Assembly (NCBI GenBank): GCA_012862495.1
Contig: BLSG01000411.1
Coordinates: forward strand, 62,001 to 126,000
Origin: Thraustochytrium aureum
Lineage: Eukaryota
Length of the DNA: 64,000 bases
Direction of reading: 5' to 3'
The position numbers were made by a program, and so were the translations under genes. Position 1 is the first letter of the stretch; every line of letters begins with the position of its first letter. The notes beneath the pieces were generated by a model. The model had not been told where the DNA came from. It did not search any database and saw only the letters and a list, made by a program, of their open reading frames with translations. Shown here piece by piece: positions 57,053-64,000 of this stretch.

Positions 57053-57614
57053 CTCCGCCACCAGCGAGAGCAGCTCCAACAAACCCAACAAGCTCGAGCA
57101 GCGCGACCCAGCCGCGCTCGTCGAGCCGCAACGCGCAGCGACAGACCGTCCAACTCGCGCTCCGTCCGCGAACTGCCCGCAATCGCCCTGGCGCATCTGC
57201 GATGCAGTAAAGACGAGCAAGCAAGGAGCGAAATCTGCATCGCCACTGTACACCGAAGTGTGAATGAAAGTGAGAATGAAAGAAGAAAGAAAGTAAAAGA
57301 GCGGGCGCGTGTCTATAGATCCGTTGAGGTCGGACGCGAGGAGGACGTTGCAGTGCCGGATTNNNNNNNNNNNNNNNNNNNNNNNNNNNNNNNNNNNNNN
57401 NNNNNNNNNNNNNNNNNNNNNNNNNNNNNNNNNNNNNNNNNNNNNNNNNNNNNNNNNNNNNNNNNNNNNNNNNNNNNNNNNNNNNNNNNNNNNNNNNNNN
57501 NNNNNNNNNNNNNNNNNNNNNNNNNNNNNNNNNNNNNNNNNNNNNNNNNNNNNNNNNNNNNNNNNNNNNNNNNNNNNNNNNNNNNNNNNNNNNNNNNNNN
57601 NNNNNNNNNNNNNN

Positions 57615-60600
57615 CCTCCAAAGGCGAGTGCGTCCAGGGATATGGGAGGGGCCGGCGCGGCTGAGCAGGGCGACGCGGATGTAAAGAGGGAGAAGACGTT
57701 TGCGTCGCGATCGATTAAGTCGGTGGTGGACGTTGCGGAGGCAAAGGCGGCAGCTTGGAGGGAGAGGGCGCTCGATGTTGGCACGGTTTCTGAGGCTTTC
57801 AAGGCGAACGCTGCGCCTGCGCTATCACAAAAGTCGCGGACAAAGGAGCAGCGCCGTGACGCAAACAGCGATGCACTAGTCGTATTTGAGCCCGCGAGAG
57901 ACGAGGCGCGCCAGCAACAGACGTCTAGAAAGCTCCCAGGTACCGTCGACCCTGTTTTGGCATTTGGGTGCCTTTCGGCAGCGCAAGAACTGGCCAACTC
58001 GGAGCAGATGGAGCCGCAAGTCAGCGCATTGCTCAGCAAAGTTCTCCGCGTGCTTCGTCTCGGATTGTACAAGCAACAGCACGCTGCCGAGAAAGCAAGC
58101 GCAACGGCCCCGAAAGCGTTCTTCTGCAAACTCAGCGAGCTAGCCTCAGAGGATTGCAGGACGCAACGCGAGCTCGCCGAGGCGCTCCAGTCGCGCGTTT
58201 CCCTCAAGCGCAACGAGTACATCAAGCTGGTTCAAGAGTACGCCTTGCTAGAGAACCGGCTCGAGCGCGCACTCGAAACGATGCAGGGCAGGGAAGTCGA
58301 GCGCAAGGAGTGCCATGACGACGTCCAGCATCTACAAGCCAAGCTCGACCTGGAGGTGTGCAAGCACGAGCGCTTTGCCTGCGCCATCGAAGAGGTCTCG
58401 CGAAAGTTGAACAAAAAGTCGCACAACCTATTCGACGCCTGCTCACGGCGCAGGGCGCTCAGGGTGGACCTCAAGACCGCAACAGAGCAGATAGAGCGCT
58501 TCAAAGCGGAGGGACTTTGCAGCGATGGCATGGTCGAGCGCGCCAAGGTCGACGCGGTTCGCGCCACTATCAACCAGCGCATGGAGGTTGCCGCCAAGAA
58601 GGAAGCGGCTCTGCAGCTCAAGCAAGCTGCTTACGTCGAGCTCCTGAACGAGATCAAGCAAAAAGAGGCCGACTTGGAGAACGAGCGCGCGCTGTATCGC
58701 GAGCAAGTCGAGGCGGAGGAGGCAGCCATAAGGTCGCTGACGCCGCGGCCGGACTGGTCTGCAAGCGCGGTTTCATGTCCCTGGCTCACGGAAGGCGAAG
58801 ACCCTCCAGCCCTTCGTAACAACAAGCCGACCGAGCAAGGTTCGAGCACGAATGCCAGTGGCGGGCCGGCGGCCCCGCGAACCGGGCGCCGCGGATCCAT
58901 CAACATGCGACAGCGTCGGCGCTCCGTTGTTCGAAAGTCCTCTGCGAGCGGGCGGAATGGCGGCGGTGGCGGCGGCGAAGACCACGTTGCTGCCGCCGCG
59001 GCTGCAACGGCGGCAGCTGCAGCGGCGGCGGCGGCGGCGGCGGCAGCAGCAGGAGCGGGAGCAACTCTTGAAGACGGCGTTGCAGGTGATAGCACCCCGA
59101 TTGACAGCGAACAAGTTTCTCGGAAGGGAAGCGAGGACGAGCCAGGACGCGCCAAAAAGCGCAAGCCGAGGTCGACGCGCGAAGCCGCAGAGCTCCTCGC
59201 AAGGTACATCCGAGACCTCAACTTGGACGGCCCGGAGCTCTTTGAGGCACATCAAAAACTCAAAGAGGTCCAAAACAAGTTGCGCGAAGCAAAGGAGGCC
59301 CTCGCGCTTGCGGAACGGCACCTTCCGTCGGGAGCCGCCGCAGCGTACGCAGACATTGACGGGCTCGGAGGAGAGGATGACAAAGTTGGCTTTGGCGCTT
59401 TCGCAAGCATGTCCGCCAGGCACAGGAACACCAACCTGGCTGGCGCTCTCGCCGCGATGCATCTAGCGCGAGCGGGCGCGAGGCGCGCCAGCACCCGCCG
59501 TTTGTCCGCGGAGGGCGCCGAGGGCGAAGCAGACAGCACGCCAGCTTCCGGCGCCGAGGGCAGCGAACCAAGCGGGAGCGAGGCGGTGCAGACGCATACG
59601 CTCGGCAGCGACGCTCAAGCCGACGAAGCTAGCGCCGAGAGCTTGTGGGGGCCCTCCAGCACAGATACGGTGGTGGGCTCGCCCTGGCAGAGCTTGCAAT
59701 TCGAATTCAAGTCTAACAAAAAGGGAGAGCTCTCGGTCAAGGCTCTTGGCAAAGGGCCCAGAGTGCCGCCCTTTCTACGGGCAGACGGGAGCATACCCCT
59801 GCGGCTGATTCCGCGAAGCGAACTGTTGGAGATCATCCAGGACGTCTGGGCGTACAAGCTCAGCAAGGACGAGCAACTGGCCTCTGCCAAGACGGCGGAC
59901 TCTGTGAAAGGCAAGCGCGGGCTCGCGCAGCACACCAGCTGTGCCGAGGCCTTCAACCACATCTTGAAGAACAGATATGGGTTGCAGAGTGTCGTGGCCA
60001 AGTGGGCATATAGCATCTTGTTTTCCCTGGAGCAGCTTCGCTGGGACGCGGACCTGGAGCTTTTCCTGCTCACCCTGACCGAGGCGGTCCCTGAGGGCAC
60101 GTACCTGGACCAGCAGACCATGGTTTCCGCGCTGCACGCGTTCCTACGCCGCTTGAGCAACCTTGAGCATGGCGGAAACCTTGGCGAGGCCTCCATCAAC
60201 TCGCTCGTCGCGTCCCTGCCCGCCTTCTTCCCGCATAAGACGACCGCGGAGCTCGAGGAGCTCGAGCTGGCGATCCACGAGGAGCAGCCGATGTCGATCG
60301 TCTTTGTTGACCTCCTTATGGACGAGGAGCTCGATGCCAATGGGGGCAACACGTTCCTCAACATCGTCAAGAGGCAGCACGTGGAAGAAATCAGGACCGC
60401 TTTCAAAGAGCTCAAGGAGCGCCTGCTTGTGGCGGCGTCCATGTACCAGTCCGTGGAGCGTTGCAAGGCCGCCGACGTGGCTGTTGTGCTTCGAAAGGTG
60501 GATGCCAACGTCGACTCCGCCTCCCTGCACGCCTATCTGCGAACTGCAATTCCGTTGCACGTCACCACCGACGCGGAAGCCGAGGCGCTCGCGCGGTCCA

Positions 60601-60773
60601 CTGACATCCAAGGCCCCAGCAGCTCCACTGCGAAAGGCGCCGACGCCTGGGTCAGCATCCCGAAGATCCTCAGCCGTCTTAGCCGCACGTGCTTTAAGCG
60701 CTCGCTCAACTTTGTCGTGGATGCTCAGCCGGTCGTGGCCAATTCGGCGCCTTCGAGCTCCACTGCTGGATAG
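57615..60773 (+). CDS. Coiled-coil protein with TSNAXIP1-like C-terminal region; 5' end possibly in gap (first ATG 57642)
   Basis: LTPRPDW motif after the coiled coil; VPPFLR..G.I..ELLEIIQDVWAYK..FNHILKNRYG..WAYSILFSLE..DADLELFL..L...VPE..Y, recalled as typical of TSNAXIP1-like proteins. Confidence 0.7.
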   Translation, partial: PPKASASRDMGGAGAAEQGDADVKREKTFASRSIKSVVDVAEAKAAAWRERALDVGTVSEAFKANAAPALSQKSRTKEQRRDANSDALVVFEPARDEARQQQTSRKLPGTVDPVLAFGCLSAAQELANSEQMEPQVSALLSKVLRVLRLGLYKQQHAAEKASATAPKAFFCKLSELASEDCRTQRELAEALQSRVSLKRNEYIKLVQEYALLENRLERALETMQGREVERKECHDDVQHLQAKLDLEVCKHERFACAIEEVSRKLNKKSHNLFDACSRRRALRVDLKTATEQIERFKAEGLCSDGMVERAKVDAVRATINQRMEVAAKKEAALQLKQAAYVELLNEIKQKEADLENERALYREQVEAEEAAIRSLTPRPDWSASAVSCPWLTEGEDPPALRNNKPTEQGSSTNASGGPAAPRTGRRGSINMRQRRRSVVRKSSASGRNGGGGGGEDHVAAAAAATAAAAAAAAAAAAAAGAGATLEDGVAGDSTPIDSEQVSRKGSEDEPGRAKKRKPRSTREAAELLARYIRDLNLDGPELFEAHQKLKEVQNKLREAKEALALAERHLPSGAAAAYADIDGLGGEDDKVGFGAFASMSARHRNTNLAGALAAMHLARAGARRASTRRLSAEGAEGEADSTPASGAEGSEPSGSEAVQTHTLGSDAQADEASAESLWGPSSTDTVVGSPWQSLQFEFKSNKKGELSVKALGKGPRVPPFLRADGSIPLRLIPRSELLEIIQDVWAYKLSKDEQLASAKTADSVKGKRGLAQHTSCAEAFNHILKNRYGLQSVVAKWAYSILFSLEQLRWDADLELFLLTLTEAVPEGTYLDQQTMVSALHAFLRRLSNLEHGGNLGEASINSLVASLPAFFPHKTTAELEELELAIHEEQPMSIVFVDLLMDEELDANGGNTFLNIVKRQHVEEIRTAFKELKERLLVAASMYQSVERCKAADVAVVLRKVDANVDSASLHAYLRTAIPLHVTTDAEAEALARSTDIQGPSSSTAKGADAWVSIPKILSRLSRTCFKRSLNFVVDAQPVVANSAPSSSTAG

Positions 60774-61423
60774 GCTAATCGAGAGCCCTGGCGTGCGCCC
60801 CGAAGCAGAGCATGCATCGAGCTCGAGAGCGGCAGCACAATCGTCGCGAGAGTTTCAACTTCTCATCACCTTGCATTCCTCAACGAGTCGTATAGCCTGG
60901 GTATGGTACCTCCGGAGCCGGGCGGAAGCGCCCGAAGACCAGAATGAGCGAGCGAAGAAGCGCGCAGCTCGAGCAGCTCGAGCAGCTCGCCAGCCGGCCA
61001 GCCGGCCGAAATGATTGAGGTCTTGATCGACGGGCTGGTCTTGACATGAGATTATTTTTTGCACCTTTTGCGACGAACAACGATTTGATCACTGTCGGAT
61101 TTGTGTTCCCATCACCGTCGCCAGCAAACTCTCACTCGTCCAGCAGACCGTGAATCAGTCAGGCACGCACGCAGGCAGGCAGGCAGGCAGGCAGGCAGTT
61201 TGGCGCGCAGGCTGGCGCTCGAGGAGCCCGCCCTCTCCAGGCAGGCTGCCGTTGGACGCTCGAGCTGACTCGTTGGCAGACTCCAGGTCGCACGCTTGCG
61301 AACGGTTGGAACTGCTGCATTGCCGCGTTGAAGGTCGCTTGGCAGATTCTGCCTCCGGTGAAGGGCCGCCCGGGTGAACGCAGAGCGCGCGAGAGGGGTG
61401 CGAAGAGGGCCGGGGCGGAGACC

Positions 61424-63073
61424 ATGGCGGCGGCAAGGGCCGTGGTGCGCGCGGCGCTGAATGGGAGGCGGCTGGCGACCGGCCAGGCGGCAAGCGCGAG
61501 GTGGGCCGTTGGGGCACAAACTCGAGCGAACGGCCACGAAGTGCAGCGGCTCAAAGCCCAGGCTCAGCAGCACAGGTGGATTCACGCCTCCCGAGCATGC
61601 CTTGGTCGTGTGCCGTTCAAGCTTGCGGACATCGGCGAGGGCATCGCCGAGGTGGAGATTTTGCAGTTTTTCGTCAAGCCTGGCGACGTTGTGAAGCAGT
61701 TCGACAAGATCTGCGAAGTGCAGTCGGACAAGGCGACCGTCGAAATTACGTCCAGATTCGACGGTGTGATTGCCGAGGTCAAGTGGAAGGTCGGCGACAT
61801 GGCCCCCGTCGGGAGCACGCTCGTCGAGCTCGAGGTCGAGGGTGCCAAAAGCGCCCCCGCCCCGGCAACGGAAGCCCCTGCTCCGGCCGTGGAACCTGCG
61901 CAGGCCGCCGCTAAAGCCACCGCCGGCGATTCGCTCAAGCAGGACCCGGACCAGATCGTGGAGATCGTGCGCCCGTCGCCCGTGCTTGAGCGGCTGGGCT
62001 CGTTCACGGTCGACCCGGAGCTGAGGCCCGCAGGCCAAGACCTTGGCCCCGCTCCGCCACTTCCGAGGGCGGAAGGCGAACGTATCCGCGCGACTCCGGC
62101 AGTGCGGCGTCTGGCGCGCGATCACGACTTGGACCTCACCCTTGTTCCCGCAACCGGTCCTGGTGGCCGTGTGCTGAAGGGCGACGTTCTCGCGTATATT
62201 GCCACCGTGCCTGTCGAAGAGCGGAGGCGGCAGGCGAGCGAAGTGCGCTCCCGCGAAGCCTCCGCGGTGGCTACTGCTGCGGCCGCACCGTCGGCGGACG
62301 TTGCTGTCGAGGCCCGGTCTGAGGGGCAAAAGCAGGCACCGGCGGTCTCCAAGCTTGCTGAAGACGTGGTGGTGCCCGTACGCGGGATCCAGCGCATCAT
62401 GGTCAAGTCGATGGTCGAGTCGCTCAAGATTCCGCACTTTAACTACATGGAGGAGTACGACATGAGCGAGATGGTGGCCTTCCGCGCCGACCTGAAGCGC
62501 ACCGCAGAGGCCCGCGGGCTCAAACTGAGCTACATGCCCATCCTCATCAAGGCGGCCTCGCTGGCGCTCACTCAGTTCCCGCAGCTCAACGCCCACATCA
62601 AGAGCGACGCCTCGGAAGTGACCCAAAAGGCTAGCCACAACATCGGGGTTGCCATGGATACGCCTCGCGGCCTCCTCGTTCCCGTGATCCGGGACTGCCA
62701 GAACCGCTCCATCCTCGACATCGCGGCGGAGATGGGCCGCCTTCAGGAACTCGGCGCCAACAACAAGCTGGGGGAGAATGAGCTGTCCGGGTGCACCTTC
62801 ACCCTCTCCAACATTGGCGCGATTGGCGGCACATACGCATCCCCGATCATCCCCGCGCCTACCGTGGCCATCGGGGCGATCGGCAAGATTCAGACTGTTC
62901 CGCGCTTCGTGGACGAGAAGAACACCGACCGCGGCGTTGTTGCAGCCAAGGTGATGAACATCAGCTGGGCTGCAGACCACCGCGTGGTGGACGGCGCCTC
63001 GATCGCGCGGTTCTCCAACCAGCTCAAGGCCTACATTGAGAACCCGTTGACCATGGTTGCGGACATGAGCTAA
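61424..63073 (+). CDS. DBT: Branched-chain alpha-keto acid dehydrogenase E2 (dihydrolipoamide acyltransferase), mitochondrial
   Basis: Transit peptide; PFKLADIGEGIAEV..CEVQSDKATVEITSRFDG (lipoyl Lys); ATPAVRRLA..GPGGRVLKGD (subunit-binding domain); LSNIGAIGG, ADHRVVDG. Confidence 0.96.
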   Translation: MAAARAVVRAALNGRRLATGQAASARWAVGAQTRANGHEVQRLKAQAQQHRWIHASRACLGRVPFKLADIGEGIAEVEILQFFVKPGDVVKQFDKICEVQSDKATVEITSRFDGVIAEVKWKVGDMAPVGSTLVELEVEGAKSAPAPATEAPAPAVEPAQAAAKATAGDSLKQDPDQIVEIVRPSPVLERLGSFTVDPELRPAGQDLGPAPPLPRAEGERIRATPAVRRLARDHDLDLTLVPATGPGGRVLKGDVLAYIATVPVEERRRQASEVRSREASAVATAAAAPSADVAVEARSEGQKQAPAVSKLAEDVVVPVRGIQRIMVKSMVESLKIPHFNYMEEYDMSEMVAFRADLKRTAEARGLKLSYMPILIKAASLALTQFPQLNAHIKSDASEVTQKASHNIGVAMDTPRGLLVPVIRDCQNRSILDIAAEMGRLQELGANNKLGENELSGCTFTLSNIGAIGGTYASPIIPAPTVAIGAIGKIQTVPRFVDEKNTDRGVVAAKVMNISWAADHRVVDGASIARFSNQLKAYIENPLTMVADMS

Positions 63074-63253
63074 TCGCATTTGTCGTCCGACGACTTTCAG
63101 TCGATCGTGTTTGGAAAGAGCGAGAGAACAAGGCAGCCGCCCCCAAAATATTTTACTACCTACTGAGTGCCGTCAAAAGTCTCGCTGAAGGCCACCAGAG
63201 TGGGACTCTGTCGCCTCGCTGCTCCATTTGATTTCGGTGCGCACCAAATGCCG

Positions 63254-64000
63254 TTATATTGGCGGGTTGCTGGCACGGAAATCGGCCACCGCTTTGGCCC
63301 TTGCCTCATTCTGCTTGCGTTTCAGCAGGACATCCATGGCGCGCTGGCGGGCTTCTTTCGCGGTGGCGTCGCCGCTGGCCGCGCCGCGCCTCTCCATCAT
63401 ATCGTTTCGAATAGTCTTTGCAAGAGACTTGACCTCGGCAGAACCGTACGGCCCCTTCATCCACGCGTGAGCCTGCTCGGTTGCCCGTGTGACGGCTACT
63501 TGAGCTGCCTCCTTCTCTGCCTTCTTCCTCCGGAGCTCGGCCTCGAGCTTTTGCTCGGCTGCGAGCGCAGCCACCGCCTCGCTCTGCACCATTGCGTCCT
63601 CCAGAGTCTGGGCAAAACAAGTTGTTGCGCACCTCGCGCTGCGCTCGCTCTGCTCAGTCGCAGCGGCATCCTTGGCAAGAATCGTACGCTGGAGCGCCGA
63701 GTGCCTCAGGCGTTCCTGCATGAACCCCACGAAGCGCTCATCCCCAGCCAGGCGGGCAACGTCCTCTGGAAGTCGGCCTCGGTTATTGGCCGACTCGGCG
63801 GCGAGAAGCGCACGCGTACAGTTGCAAAAGATTGCCTTGGCAATGAGCAGGCCATTTGTGCGCGCAAGCCAGTGCAGGCATGTGTCGCCCGCCGCGTCCG
63901 GAATCGCTGGGTCAGCCCCGGCCGCGAGCAGGTCTTTGAGCGCGGCGATCCGAAGCGATATTGGATTGTTTGTTGTGCGGCAAAGGAGCAGCAGTGGGGT
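63254..64000 (-). CDS. Ankyrin-repeat protein, 5'-truncated by the window edge
   Basis: The frame is open from 64000: TPLLLLC..LLAAGADPAIPDAAGDTCLHWLAR..NNRGRLPEDVA, followed by a coiled coil. Confidence 0.8.
   Translation of the reverse strand, partial: TPLLLLCRTTNNPISLRIAALKDLLAAGADPAIPDAAGDTCLHWLARTNGLLIAKAIFCNCTRALLAAESANNRGRLPEDVARLAGDERFVGFMQERLRHSALQRTILAKDAAATEQSERSARCATTCFAQTLEDAMVQSEAVAALAAEQKLEAELRRKKAEKEAAQVAVTRATEQAHAWMKGPYGSAEVKSLAKTIRNDMMERRGAASGDATAKEARQRAMDVLLKRKQNEARAKAVADFRASNPPI

Noticed and set aside
61112..63079. Long antisense ORFs opposite DBT, NNT, GAD, NR and others
   Set aside because: These are shadow frames of GC3-biased coding genes.

Overview
A 64-kb, GC-rich, gene-dense piece of a eukaryotic nuclear genome. 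It has short GT-AG introns with CTGAC branch sites, mitochondrial, ER and flagellar housekeeping genes, microsatellite-rich 5' regions and 11 N-gaps. Gene style and content suggest a stramenopile, most likely a labyrinthulomycete/thraustochytrid (inference only). I can support about 26 protein-coding genes: an unnamed Cys/His-domain putative transcription factor, tetraspanin, glutamate decarboxylase, signal-peptide JmjC oxygenase, RMDN1, a nitrate-reductase-like protein, selenocysteine elongation factor, PDZ-PH protein, NAD(P) transhydrogenase, EMC1, an SH3-GYF-GYF-Tubby fusion, phosphatidylserine decarboxylase, NDUFS5, RRP17, BAR-RhoGAP, SRP14, formin, CFAP97+IQ protein, TOG protein, a bacterial-type FAD/[2Fe-2S] oxidoreductase, Vps2/CHMP2, a coiled-coil protein, TSNAXIP1-like protein, DBT, and two ankyrin-like or hypothetical genes. 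Eight single-base frameshifts in seven genes all fall in mononucleotide runs and go in both directions, so I read them as sequencing errors rather than biology. The most notable items are the nitrate reductase that ends after cytochrome b5 with no FAD/NADH module, the SH3-GYF-GYF-Tubby protein, the unnamed putative DNA-binding domain, the formin with four helical repeats in place of a poly-proline FH1, and the intron-containing bacterial-type FAD/BFD oxidoreductase. I recognised no rRNA, tRNA, CRISPR array or transposase.
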